A stretch of 64,000 nt of DNA from an uncultured Candidatus Binatia bacterium (GTDB lineage: Bacteria > Desulfobacterota > Binatia > UBA9968 > CAXXLF01), in assembly GCA_965218425.1 (NCBI GenBank), contig OZ244621.1:3168001-3232000 (forward strand), read 5' to 3'. Below, piece by piece: positions 30,439 to 40,531 of this stretch. The first letter of the stretch is position 1; the number at the start of each line of letters is the position of its first letter. The notes beneath the pieces are model-generated. The model had not been told where the DNA came from. It saw nothing but the letters and a program-made list of their open reading frames with translations, and ran no database searches. Made by a program: the position numbers and the translations under genes.

Positions 30439-31056
30439 ACCACCACTATACATTAAGTTCTTATCCAATGTCATTATATTATGCGGTTCTCAATAAGTCG
30501 ACATACTTTGGAATGAATAGCGGTGTTAGGCTTGACAATCAGGATGTCAACGAGGTGTTAACAAGAGGCCGTCGGAATCCCTGCCTAGTGTCCATAGTAG
30601 CCTTGACTTGGGCCATCAAATAAAAATCAATTCCATCTCAGTACCACCTTGGCCTGCCGGAGCCCATCTTTCAGCACCTGTGCAGATGTCGCCATTGGTT
30701 GATCAAGAACTGGACCAATGGTGCGTAAAACAGGCAAATTCCTGTGCGTAGAGGAAACGACAGCATTACGATTTGAAGTTCCCAGTGGCTGGACTACGTT
30801 TGTGATAGTTGCTGTACCGTTATTGGGAGTACTCACACGAATTTTTTGTTGAAAACTATTTATAATGTTATTGGACAACTCCACTGTTGTAGTTGAGCCA
30901 AATGATGTTGACAAGCGATTGAGAGGTGATATAGGTACGGCTCCGTGATAGCTACAAAGTTAATGCTTTAATGGTCATAGGTTCTCAAAAATAGTCAAGG
31001 AGAGTATCGCTATGCCTGTTATCGACGCAGATGGACATATACTTGAGCAGGAGGAA

Positions 31057-32712
31057 ATGGAAGCCATGAGAAAAAAACCAACCAAGCTTAAAAAAAACCG
31101 ATATTTCCGTTTAGGTCAGCTCGTTACCTTCATCAGTCTACTGTTCACCCTCATACTGTTTCAGAGCGCATGGAGCCAATCCGGCTCGTCTCGCTCCAAG
31201 ACCATTACCGTCGGTCTGAGTACGCTGGGGGGTGAGGATATTCGGCCTTGGATGATTGCTGCGCCTGTGTTAACACCGCTAGCCAATATCTACGAGTTTC
31301 TCCTACATAGAAATCCCAAAACCAGGGCCTTGGAGCCAGGCCTCGCTGAGCGCTGGAAAGCAAGTCCGGATGGCCGCTCTATCACCTTCTTCCTCCGCAG
31401 GGGGGTCCAGTTTCATAAAAGCATGGGGGAGATGACGGCCCATGACGTAGCCTTTTCATTTGACCAGTTTATGCAACCCAAGGCACGCTCAAGTATATCG
31501 AGGGAACTGCGCCGCGTGGTGGACTCGCATAAAGCGGTGGACGACTATACATTTCAGCTACGCCTGAAGAAAAAGCGCACCGCTGACTTTCTGGGAAATT
31601 TTTCTGATGTCCCTCCCCGCCTAACAATCCTTTCCCGCAAATACTTTGAGAAGGTAGGCGAAAAACAAGCTGTCTCACACCCGGTCGGGACTGGACCCTT
31701 TCGCTTCGTGAGGCGACTGGCCGGGGAGGAGATGAGGTTGGAGGCCTTGCCCGAGCACTGGCGCAAGACCGCGCCCTTTGGGACGTTGGTTTTAAAGCAG
31801 GTGCCGGAGCCCTCCACTCGAATTGCCATGCTGCGCACCGGGGCAGCCGATATCATCGAGCTACCCATCGAATTTAAAGAGGATATTCGCAAGGCTGGTC
31901 AGGAGGTGATTGTGAATCCGGACATTGCCCTTGTCTACGTGCAATTTGGAGGGCAGGTCTTGCCAGGCCACAAGAACTACCGGCCCGACCACCCATGGGT
32001 GGGACCTTCGGAGCGGGCCAAGAAGGTTCGTCAGGCTTTAACCATGGCCATTGATCACCAGGAGATTCTCGATACGATCCTAAATGGAGTTGGGACGCGG
32101 GGTGCTGTTCCCTTCTTTTTCCCGGGAGAGCCTTGGACCGACCCCGGGTGGAAGCCCTCCTCATATGATCCTGAAAAGGCCAAGCGGCTGTTGGCGCAGG
32201 CGGGATACCCGAATGGTTTTGAGGTAGAGCTACGTCTGGTTCCACTGGCGGGGCGTCCGGAATTACCGGAGATTGGCAAGGCAGTGGCCCTATACTGGGA
32301 GCAGATCGGCATGAAAGTCAAGCAGGTGCCCATGGACTGGGGGAGGATGGTGCCTGACATCAGGAAGCGCAATATGGTTGGAGTGGTTTGGGTCTACGCG
32401 GGGGTTCGGTATGATGAGCCGGTCTTTGGCCTGAAGATTTTCGGTCTCAGCCGTTCCCCCTGGAGCTTCATTGCAGAGGACAAGACCTTTGACAAGCTCA
32501 TTGACAAGGCTCTGACCGAACTTGATGATCAGAAGCGGCTTGCCATTCAACGGAAGCTAGGCAAGTATATGTACGATCAGCACTTCACGGCGACCATAGG
32601 TACCATGAGCGCCGTCTTTGGCGTTTCCCGGGTGATCAAGCGATGGCCGCTGGTTCAGGGTTATCCTTATCCTCTCAATTATGAGTACTTGGAGCTAGGA
32701 AGCACGAAATGA
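31057..32712 (+). CDS. ABC transporter substrate-binding protein, family 5 (DppA/OppA-like)
   Basis: LEPGLAERW..TFFLRRGVQFH, PVGTGPF, VRQALTMAID and KAKRLLAQAGYPNGF. AGGAGG RBS before ATG 31057; the ORF extends upstream to 31012. Confidence 0.92.
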   Translation: MEAMRKKPTKLKKNRYFRLGQLVTFISLLFTLILFQSAWSQSGSSRSKTITVGLSTLGGEDIRPWMIAAPVLTPLANIYEFLLHRNPKTRALEPGLAERWKASPDGRSITFFLRRGVQFHKSMGEMTAHDVAFSFDQFMQPKARSSISRELRRVVDSHKAVDDYTFQLRLKKKRTADFLGNFSDVPPRLTILSRKYFEKVGEKQAVSHPVGTGPFRFVRRLAGEEMRLEALPEHWRKTAPFGTLVLKQVPEPSTRIAMLRTGAADIIELPIEFKEDIRKAGQEVIVNPDIALVYVQFGGQVLPGHKNYRPDHPWVGPSERAKKVRQALTMAIDHQEILDTILNGVGTRGAVPFFFPGEPWTDPGWKPSSYDPEKAKRLLAQAGYPNGFEVELRLVPLAGRPELPEIGKAVALYWEQIGMKVKQVPMDWGRMVPDIRKRNMVGVVWVYAGVRYDEPVFGLKIFGLSRSPWSFIAEDKTFDKLIDKALTELDDQKRLAIQRKLGKYMYDQHFTATIGTMSAVFGVSRVIKRWPLVQGYPYPLNYEYLELGSTK

Positions 32713-33626
32713 GCGGCTTTCTCCTTTTCAGGCTGACACAGAGCTTGCTTTCGATCCTAGCCGTCTTGACCCTGGTCTTCTTCCTGGTGCGTGCGAGCGG
32801 GGACCCACTTGAGCTTCTGGTTCCTCCCGAGGCCGACGAGAAAGACCGGGAGGAAATTGCTGCCTCTTTGGGATTTGATGCACCACTCCCCATTCAATTC
32901 GTGCGCTATATGGCTCAAACTCTCCGAGGAGATTTGGGAGAGTCCCTGTTCAGTGGCCGACCTGTCATGACAGAGATCCTCCAGCGTCTTCCTGCCACCT
33001 TACAGCTTGGAGGTGCGGGCATCCTGATAAGCCTTCTAGTGGCCCTCCCGCTGGGCGTGTACTCGGCAGTGCATCGAGGCCGACCGCTCGATTGGATTGG
33101 GCGGGGGTTTGCCTTTCTAGGACAGTCTTCTCCCAGCTTTTGGGTTGGGATCATATTGATCCAGTTGTTTGCAGTGGTCCTGGGTTGGTTTCCGGCCGGG
33201 GGACGAGGAGGTTTGTGGCATCTTGTCCTACCGTCCTTCACCATGGGTTGGTTCGTCAGCGCCGGGATCCTGCGGATGACCCGCTCGAGCATGCTGGAGG
33301 TCCTGGGGAGTGAATATGTGAAGTTGGCCAGAAGCAAAGGCCTCAACGAATCCGTTGTGGTATGGAAGCATGCCTTTAAGAACGCGTTGCTGCCGATCAT
33401 GACATTTTCATCCATGCTCTTCGTTATCATGTTGACAGGCAGCATCGTAACAGAGACGGTTTTCGCCTGGCCCGGCGTCGGACGCCTGATCTTCGATGCT
33501 ATTTACAACCGGGACTATCCTCTGGTACAAGGCTGCGTTTTATTGCTGAGCGTGCTTTATATTGTAGCTAACTTCTTTGTGGATATAATGTATGCCTGTG
33601 TCAATCCCAAGATCCGATACCAGTGA
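32709..33626 (+). CDS. ABC transporter permease (DppB-like)
   Basis: GDLGES, RLPATLQL, TRSSMLEVL..YVKLARSKG, ETVFAWPGVG and RDYPLVQG. Confidence 0.94.
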   Translation: MSGFLLFRLTQSLLSILAVLTLVFFLVRASGDPLELLVPPEADEKDREEIAASLGFDAPLPIQFVRYMAQTLRGDLGESLFSGRPVMTEILQRLPATLQLGGAGILISLLVALPLGVYSAVHRGRPLDWIGRGFAFLGQSSPSFWVGIILIQLFAVVLGWFPAGGRGGLWHLVLPSFTMGWFVSAGILRMTRSSMLEVLGSEYVKLARSKGLNESVVVWKHAFKNALLPIMTFSSMLFVIMLTGSIVTETVFAWPGVGRLIFDAIYNRDYPLVQGCVLLLSVLYIVANFFVDIMYACVNPKIRYQ

Positions 33627-34533
33627 TTCGGCGGTAGCTGGTGCGACTGTTGCGACACGAGAGCTCACTGCGATCCTGGTAGAGAAGGGCCCTAGCTGGC
33701 GGTGCGGTACTCTCCTCATGCCCGGTCTCCCCATCACTTTAATCGCTCTACTTTTTACTGTGGCGATTTTTGCCCCTTGGATAGCGCCCCATTCACCCTA
33801 CAAAGGGGGCCTGCGATACCGCCTTACACCGCCGGCCTGGATGGAAGGAGGCTCTATTGCTCACCCTCTGGGGACGGATCGTTTAGGGAGGGATCTTTTG
33901 AGCCGTATTATTCATGGAAGCCGGTTCTCGCTAAGCGTCTCACTGATTGCCATCTTGCTGTCCGGGTCTGTGGGTACAGTCATTGGGTTGGTCTCGGGCT
34001 ATAAGGGGGGTTGGGTGGATGCCTTTCTCATGCGCTTAGTTGATGTTTTTCTGTCCCTTCCTCCTCTTTTGGTTGCCATTGTGATGGCTGTGACCCTGGG
34101 ACCGAGCTTTCGCAATGTAGTTGCGGTGCTCTCAATACTACTTTGGCTCCGCTACGCGCGGCAGATACGGGGCGAGACCCTTAGCGTTCGGGAGCAGGAC
34201 TTTGTTGCGCTGGCACGTGTGGCTGGCGCGTCGGGCTCACGGATCCTGTTCCTGCACATCTTTCCAAACGTGCTCCCTTCACTTCTTGTTTTGCTTACCT
34301 GGCAGGTGGGTTTTGTAATTATTTTGGAGGCAACGCTCAGCTTCCTCGGCGTTGGCATTCCACCGCCCCACCCTTCCTGGGGACTTATCGTTGCAGAAAG
34401 CCGTGATCTCATAGCCAAGGCGTGGTGGCTTCCTCTTTTCCCTGGAGTGGCTATATTGCTCACCGTGTTTTCCTTTAACCTGTTGGGTGATTGGCTTCGG
34501 GATCGTCTCGACCCGATGCTCCAGAACCTATAA
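33592..34533 (+). CDS. ABC transporter permease (DppC-like)
   Basis: HPLGTDRLGRDLLSR, LSFLGVG..PSWG and NLLGDWLRD. Start is uncertain. Confidence 0.93.
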   Translation: MPVSIPRSDTSDSAVAGATVATRELTAILVEKGPSWRCGTLLMPGLPITLIALLFTVAIFAPWIAPHSPYKGGLRYRLTPPAWMEGGSIAHPLGTDRLGRDLLSRIIHGSRFSLSVSLIAILLSGSVGTVIGLVSGYKGGWVDAFLMRLVDVFLSLPPLLVAIVMAVTLGPSFRNVVAVLSILLWLRYARQIRGETLSVREQDFVALARVAGASGSRILFLHIFPNVLPSLLVLLTWQVGFVIILEATLSFLGVGIPPPHPSWGLIVAESRDLIAKAWWLPLFPGVAILLTVFSFNLLGDWLRDRLDPMLQNL

Positions 34534-34547
34534 GACCGGGAAACTCA

Positions 34548-35531
34548 ATGGGAAGTTCCCTCCTTGATGTTAGAGATCTGCAGACGCTCCTTACTACAAG
34601 ACGGGGAACGGCCACTGTAGTTGATCGGGTGAGTTTCACTATCCGTGAGGGAGAGACCCTTGGTCTGGTAGGAGAATCGGGGAGTGGCAAATCCATGACT
34701 TGCCTCTCCATCATCCGTCTGCTTCCGGACCCTATAGCGCAGATCGCGGGGGGCCAAGTGCTGTTCGAGGGGCAGGATCTTCTCAAGATGACTCGCCGGG
34801 AACTACGTCGCATCCGCGGGGGAAAGATTTCCCTAATTCTCCAAGATCCCCTCAGCTCGCTCAATCCAGCCTTTACCATTGGACATCAGGTGGCGGAATC
34901 TGTACGGCTTCACCGTCGCCTGACTCGAGCTCCCTTGTGGAATCGGGTGTTTGAGGTCCTCGCCCACCTTAGAATCCCGTCTCCCTCTCTCCGGGCTAAG
35001 CACTATCCCCACCAGCTAAGCGGAGGGATGCGCCAGCGTGTTGTGGGTGCCATCGCTCTGTCATGCGAGCCTCGTCTGCTCATTGCCGATGAGCCCACCA
35101 CCTCTCTCGATGTAACTATTCAGGCCCAGTACCTGGATCTACTTCGGGAGATCCAGCAGGCCACGGGCCTAGCCATTCTCTTTGTGACCCACGACTTCGG
35201 CATCGTTGCCAGGCTGTGTGATCGGGTTGCCGTTATGTACGCTGGGAAGATCGTAGAAGAGGCGCCCGTTCGGGACCTCTTCACCCACACTTCCCATCCC
35301 TACACGGAGGCTCTGCTGCGCTCCGTGCCTCCGCTAAAGAAGACCCCGACGGAGCTTTCTTCCATCGCTGGCCAGCCACCCAGTTTACACGAACTCCCTT
35401 CTGGATGTGCTTTTTCACCGCGCTGCCCATATGTCATGGCGCGCTGCCACCAAGAAGTACCGCCCTTTTTCACCATTACACCATCCCACCGAGCAAGCTG
35501 TTGGCGGCTGGCGGCTGATTCCAATGCTTGA
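34548..35531 (+). CDS. ABC transporter ATP-binding protein (DppD-like)
   Basis: [22 protein letters not shown] and a C-terminal Cys motif. Confidence 0.95.
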   Translation: MGSSLLDVRDLQTLLTTRRGTATVVDRVSFTIREGETLGLVGESGSGKSMTCLSIIRLLPDPIAQIAGGQVLFEGQDLLKMTRRELRRIRGGKISLILQDPLSSLNPAFTIGHQVAESVRLHRRLTRAPLWNRVFEVLAHLRIPSPSLRAKHYPHQLSGGMRQRVVGAIALSCEPRLLIADEPTTSLDVTIQAQYLDLLREIQQATGLAILFVTHDFGIVARLCDRVAVMYAGKIVEEAPVRDLFTHTSHPYTEALLRSVPPLKKTPTELSSIAGQPPSLHELPSGCAFSPRCPYVMARCHQEVPPFFTITPSHRASCWRLAADSNA

Positions 35532-36498
35532 GGTGGTTGGTCTCCGTAAGGAGTTTCGCGCTTCCAGTGGTGTATTGTTTGCACACCATCAGGGCTGGGT
35601 CCGGGCGGTAGATGGTGTCTCATTCAACATTAACCGTGGGGAGACCTTCGGCCTGGTTGGAGAATCGGGCTGCGGCAAAACAACCACGGCGCGTCTGATT
35701 CTTCGGCTTGAGGTGCCTACTGCAGGAACCATACGCTTTCAAGGACAAGAGATTACCTCCCTTTCCCGTCCCGAACTGGTTTCCTTCCGGCGCTCAGTTC
35801 AGGCTGTATTCCAGGATCCCTGGAGTTCCCTGAACCCTCGCATGCGCGTTGGCTCCATCATCGCCGAACCCATGCAGATCAATCTGAATCTCTCAGGTCA
35901 CACAATCCGAGAGCGGGTGGGCGCACTTCTGAACCGTGTTGGCCTTAACCCTGATGATGCCTCGCGTTACCCGCACCAGTTCAGTGGCGGCCAGCGCCAG
36001 CGGATTGTTTTGGCCCGTGCCCTGGGGCCTCAACCCCAGCTTATTATCCTTGATGAGCCGGTCTCGGCGCTGGACGTCTCAGTGCGGGCGCAGATTATGA
36101 ACCTATTGAAGTCTCTGCAGAGTACAGACTCACTCAGCTACCTCCTCATCGCTCATCACCTCTCGACGGTCCGCTATCTGTGCCACAGAGTCGGCGTCAT
36201 GTACCTTGGACGGCTGGTGGAAGTCGCGGGTACTGAGACTCTCTTTGAGGAACCTCTGCATCCTTACACTCAAGGGCTTCTCGCTGCGGCCTTGCCGGTT
36301 GACCCGGATATGGCACAAGAACAGCCCATACCTGCCGGCGAGATTCCATCACCGATGGCTCCACCGCCGGGCTGTCACTATCACCCCCGTTGCCCCTTCG
36401 CCTTTGAGCTATGCCGGCGCATGGAGCCATCTCTGCAAGAAGTCAAGCCTGGCCACCGAGTGGCTTGCCACCTTTACAATCTACCGGACAAATGCTGA
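35524..36498 (+). CDS. ABC transporter ATP-binding protein (DppF-like)
   Basis: [24 protein letters not shown] and [12 protein letters not shown]. Confidence 0.95.
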   Translation: MLEVVGLRKEFRASSGVLFAHHQGWVRAVDGVSFNINRGETFGLVGESGCGKTTTARLILRLEVPTAGTIRFQGQEITSLSRPELVSFRRSVQAVFQDPWSSLNPRMRVGSIIAEPMQINLNLSGHTIRERVGALLNRVGLNPDDASRYPHQFSGGQRQRIVLARALGPQPQLIILDEPVSALDVSVRAQIMNLLKSLQSTDSLSYLLIAHHLSTVRYLCHRVGVMYLGRLVEVAGTETLFEEPLHPYTQGLLAAALPVDPDMAQEQPIPAGEIPSPMAPPPGCHYHPRCPFAFELCRRMEPSLQEVKPGHRVACHLYNLPDKC

Positions 36499-36499
36499 C

Positions 36500-36760
36500 G
36501 ATCCGCGCGGTAGGACATGAGCCCACCTGCCTTCACAAATCCACTCGGAGCATATATCGTAGACAGCCGTCTCTTGGCCGTGAACTCAATGATCCGTGAT
36601 CGATGATCTAGGGATGAACGCGGAATGTGCAACCAAAAGTGTATCAGGGGTCTCCTGGATGATGGCAGAGAAGGCGCTCTCAAGACCGTCCCACACATCC
36701 AGGGGTTGAATCTGAACACCCAAAGCCTGTCGTGCGGCCTCGATTTTTTTCATCCCATGT
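36500..36760 (-). pseudogene. Fragment of an ABC_sub_bind (Trp/Tyr-type) substrate-binding protein
   Basis: Minus-strand IEAARQALGVQIQPLDV..LESAFSAI / HRSRIIEFTAKRRL..FVKAGGLMSY, frameshifted and truncated at both ends. Confidence 0.7.
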
Positions 36761-36846
36761 TCTATCTAGTTGATATTCGGTTCAGAGGATAGCCGCACAA
36801 GAGATTCCTGGAAACGCCTCTTTGAGTAGCTCTATGACGCCCTCAC

Positions 36847-37460
36847 CTATTGTTTCTTTCTTTTTTCCGCGTCTCTTACTGCCTCGTTAAACACCTTGAG
36901 CACAGGTCTCATGGAGATCCGTTGCCAATTCTCAGTATTTATATACTTGACACCCTTCTGAGGCAGCCGTGAAGGCATGATGATGTCTTTCGGGATGTCG
37001 ATCCGGCGCGAATTTGTTGAACCGCCTCCTACCGATTGCAGCGCGATCTGTCCCTCGCGTGAGAGTACCCAGTTGATGAAGACCTTCGCCGCGTTAGGGT
37101 GGCGCGGCCTATTGACAAGGCTTATACCGCCCCCGCTGACAATCAACCCCGCCCCTTCTTTCATCAATCCAAAGCCTTGTACCGGAAGTCCCTGAGCTTT
37201 GCCTGTTTGTATCCGCGTGTGGTTACAGAAAATGCAAATCGGGTATTTGCCGGTGGCAAGCCAATCTATTCCCTGTCGTTGATCGCGGAAAAGGGTGATA
37301 TCCATTTCGCCGAACAGACGCCGGATGAATTTAGGGCCCAATTGAGGACTGTAATAGAACATTCTCATGGTAACGCTGCCTGGGCCTGGGGATCGGATAT
37401 CTCGCGCCGACATTTTCCCTTTCAGTTCGGGACGGAGAAAATCCCAGAAGGATCGAAAGT
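36847..37460 (-). pseudogene. C-terminal half of an extracellular solute-binding protein (Fe3+/thiamine-type)
   Basis: SFWDFLRPELKGK..DWLATGKY..HPNAAKVFINWVLSREGQ; the N-terminal half and signal peptide are missing. Confidence 0.75.
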
Positions 37461-37992
37461 CCTTTTACCCAGGACGCAACTCAAGAGCTAATTCATAGCG
37501 TCTTGAGGCAGTTGGGTTGTTCAGGGGCGGATGATCACATCACCTCCAACAAGCTCTGCTCCAGCTATTGGCACAAACGTGCGTCCATCAAATATTACCC
37601 CTTTCCTTCCAGGGCCATGCTGAAGGTATCCTGGGCCGCTGCCCCCCCGTCAGCCGCCTCCACTTTGAACTGATATACGGCGTTCTCGACGATCTTCTCA
37701 TTCACCGTCGTAATGGACCAGGCTTGTTCAATTATGGTGACGCGGTTGTTGACCACCTTCATAGGCGTCAAGTCCACTCGGGCCGTGCTCACAACCGCAT
37801 AATTTCTTCAAATGGCCCGGGAATTCATCACTTCCATGTCGGATCTGGTCATACGATACCTGTGAGAAGTGGTCTGTAGACGAATCTCACGGACCAAATC
37901 ATAAAGGAAGTCTTTGAAAAATGTTCATAAGGTGTTTACATGAGAAGGAGGCCGAATCTAGGGAACCGGCTAAGTCTATGAATTTGCAGTGA

Positions 37993-38082
37993 GGAGGGGT
38001 GGGTGAGCGGTTTAAACCACCGGTCTTGAAAACCGGCGACCATTTGCGTGGTCCGCGAGTTCGAATCTCGCCCCCTCCGCCA
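37993..38082 (+). tRNA. tRNA-Ser (anticodon TGA)
   Basis: Acceptor stem GGAGGGG/CCCCTCC, anticodon arm CCGGT-CT TGA AA-ACCGG, long variable arm, GTTCGAAT T-loop, G discriminator and encoded CCA. Confidence 0.97.
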
Positions 38083-38194
38083 ATTTGTCTGTCCCACCAA
38101 AAAACCACGTGCCGGCAGGAATTCCCCTCCACCCCACCGTATCCAGGTAGAACTCTATTCTTGTCCTCGAAGGGGAGGTGGGCCCACAGAGAAT

Positions 38195-38440
38195 TTACTC
38201 CACACATGGATGAATCATATGATTTAGGAAGAGACGGCTCGGTGTGTGCGGTAGGAGGTTACTCGAATTGTTTCTAACCTGTTCAAAGGCTTTGAGCAGA
38301 TCCGTGGAAATAACGATCCCGCAGACTTGGTCGCCATCATCCACCACAGGTAAGCAGTTTATTCGGCGCGTAAGAATTTCCTCTACAGCGACTGAGAGAG
38401 GGGGATTGCGTTTTACTTTCACTACATTTTGCGTCATCAC
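38195..38440 (-). pseudogene. Single CBS-domain fragment
   Basis: VMTQNVVKV..RRINCLPVVDDGDQVCGIVISTDLL; no partner domain or N-terminus. Confidence 0.65.
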
Positions 38441-38536
38441 TTAGCTAGGGTATAAAGGTCGAGGAAAGATTCAATTAGAATGGTTTACATTCCAGATTTT
38501 ATGAGGGAAAATAGCCCTTGGAAATACTTTTTCGTG

Positions 38537-38941
38537 ATGGAAACGCTTTACCAAAAAATCGGCGGCGAGGACAAGCTGAAGCAGATCATCGACACATTTA
38601 TCGAACGGGTCTTCGATGACAGGATGATTGGTTTCTTCTTTCGCAACGTCGACAAGGCGCGGATCAAGGAAATGGAGTATCAATTGACTGCAAAATTCCT
38701 GGGTGCCGAGATTGAGTATAAAGGAATGCCCCTTGATGAGGTCCACGCAAAGCACCCCATTATGGGAGGGCAGTTCATGCGCAGGTTGCAAATATTGCGT
38801 GAAACCCTCGAGTTTTACAAGGTCCCTGATGAAGTTCGTGACGCCTGGCTCTCACACACCGAAGGACTCCGACCACTGATTACCCAAGACGCTGGCTCAG
38901 ATTGTGATCCCCAGCAGGCAAGAAAAAGAATACTCGGGTAG
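38537..38941 (+). CDS. Group 1 truncated hemoglobin
   Basis: TLYQKIGG, FIERVFDD.MIGFFF, FLGA..YKGMPLDEVH. Confidence 0.88.
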   Translation: METLYQKIGGEDKLKQIIDTFIERVFDDRMIGFFFRNVDKARIKEMEYQLTAKFLGAEIEYKGMPLDEVHAKHPIMGGQFMRRLQILRETLEFYKVPDEVRDAWLSHTEGLRPLITQDAGSDCDPQQARKRILG

Positions 38942-39034
38942 AGATCAAACGGCGGTTCCTGTAGGAGAGTCTCCTCACATTTTTGTGGTAAGTCCTATCC
39001 CCACTCCTCTTCTCCGGCGAAATCTTTCATTCCT

Positions 39035-40333
39035 ATGACGGTGATGAACCCCTCTGGACACAGTCGGCTGATATCAGTCTTTAGGGTGCTGTTCAGTAGC
39101 CGCATGATTGTGGCGCTCCTCATGGGATTTTCCTGTGGCTTGCCTTTGTTGTTAACTATTTCCGTACTACAGGCCTGGATGAAAGATGAGGGGGTTGATC
39201 TGAGCGTCATAGGGTTGATGGCCCTGGTGGGGCTTCCGTATACCCTCAAGTTTCTCTGGGCGCCGGTTTTGGATCGTTTTACCTTGTCTTTGTTGGGGCG
39301 GCCACTTCTGGGTCGTCGAAGGGGCTGGCTGTTGGTGATTCAGACTGCATTAATGCTCTCCATCTCAGGTTTGGGCTTCACCCGTCCCTTGGAAAGCCCA
39401 TGGATGGTAGCTTTTGTGGCCTTTCTCGTAACCTTTTTCAGCGCCAGCCAGGATATTGTGGTGGACGCCTACCGTCGAGAGGACCTTGCAGACGAGGAAC
39501 TGGGGCTCGGCTCATCGCTTTACGTCAATGGCTACCGTGTGGGTATGTTAGTGGCCTCGGGGGGCGGGCTGATCCTGGCCGATCAAATATCTTTTACATG
39601 GGTGTATCAGATTATGGCCGCGGGGATGCTGGTGGGAATCGTCACAACGCTACTCGCCCACGAACCCCAAGTTGCTCAAGGCACGCCTCGATCAATGAAA
39701 GAGGCGGTGATTGCCCCCTTTGCGGATTACTTTGCACGCAAAGAGGCATGGGTCATCCTTGCCTTCATTTTGCTCTACAAAATCGGTGACACCATGGCGA
39801 GCGCCATGACCATACCTTTCTATCTTGATATCGGTTTTTCGAAAACCGAGATCGGTACCGTGGTTAAGCTTTTTGGATTTTGGGCAACCATCGCCGGCAG
39901 TGTCCTGGGCGGCCTCATGATGTTGTCCCTTGGCATCTACCGGTCCCTCTGGGTATTTGGCTTTCTTCAGACCATATCCACGGCTGGTTTTGTTATTCTA
40001 GCTCAACTGGGTTACAACCTGCTGGGTCTGGCCGGTGTGATCGCCTTCGAAAATCTAAGTGGTGGGATGGGGACCTCGGCCTATGTGGCCTTTATGGCGA
40101 GCCTCACCAACAAGAAATTCACCGCCACCCAGTATGCATTGCTCACTGGACTGATGGGTGTGCCTAGGGTGCTGGCATCCGCACCCACGGGATACCTTGC
40201 CGAGATCATGGGATGGAAAGGGTTTTTCACTCTCTGTACGCTTATCGCCATCCCTGGGCTGTTGCTGCTGCTGCGCCTTTCTCACATGCATGCGGATGGT
40301 CGAGACACCGGCCGTGCTGTGGAATCCGCATAG
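39035..40333 (+). CDS. ampG: AmpG family muropeptide MFS transporter
   Basis: GFSCGLP, PYTLKFLWAP.LD, GRRRGW, SASQDIVVDAYR and ATQYAL. Confidence 0.93.
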   Translation: MTVMNPSGHSRLISVFRVLFSSRMIVALLMGFSCGLPLLLTISVLQAWMKDEGVDLSVIGLMALVGLPYTLKFLWAPVLDRFTLSLLGRPLLGRRRGWLLVIQTALMLSISGLGFTRPLESPWMVAFVAFLVTFFSASQDIVVDAYRREDLADEELGLGSSLYVNGYRVGMLVASGGGLILADQISFTWVYQIMAAGMLVGIVTTLLAHEPQVAQGTPRSMKEAVIAPFADYFARKEAWVILAFILLYKIGDTMASAMTIPFYLDIGFSKTEIGTVVKLFGFWATIAGSVLGGLMMLSLGIYRSLWVFGFLQTISTAGFVILAQLGYNLLGLAGVIAFENLSGGMGTSAYVAFMASLTNKKFTATQYALLTGLMGVPRVLASAPTGYLAEIMGWKGFFTLCTLIAIPGLLLLLRLSHMHADGRDTGRAVESA

Positions 40334-40432
40334 AAACCGACCCTGGGATTTTTTTGGCCTCGTTTTGCATTTCGTGTGTGGATTCGTAACCCAGTCAGTT
40401 TCACTTTGCTACTACAGTGTGGAGTCGTAACC

Positions 40433-40462
40433 TTGACAACCTCCACCTTTGGAACCTATACT
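40433..40462 (+). promoter_or_regulatory. Putative sigma-70 promoter
   Basis: TTGACA-N18-TATACT upstream of 40532. Confidence 0.55.
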
Positions 40463-40531
40463 CCCCTGCAGTTTTAATTTTTGCTAGTGCCATCATGGAG
40501 AGCAAGGGTCCATCCCTAGGAGGTCAGAATT

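Larger units (their letters stand above)
29402..30495 (-). mobile_element. IS630-family insertion sequence, apparently intact
   Basis: 28-bp terminal inverted repeats (29402-29429 and 30468-30495, 23/28 identical) that start and end with TA, enclosing a two-ORF transposase. Confidence 0.95.

Noticed and set aside
29423..30496. 357-aa plus-strand ORF
   Set aside because: Antisense shadow of the IS630 transposase.
30627..30914. 95-aa minus-strand ORF
   Set aside because: No RBS or motif, and it overlaps the probable promoter region of the ABC operon.
37595..37860. Short minus-strand ORF (STARVDLTPMKVVNN...)
   Set aside because: Possibly a gene fragment, but it is preceded by an in-frame stop and no family could be assigned.
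37993..38082. tRNA-Sec candidate, given the nearby UGA selenoprotein
   Set aside because: The anticodon is TGA (reads UCA, Ser), not TCA, and the acceptor stem is the normal 7 bp.
37993..38200. tRNA-anchored integrative island
   Set aside because: No integrase and no duplicated tRNA 3' end were seen in the window.
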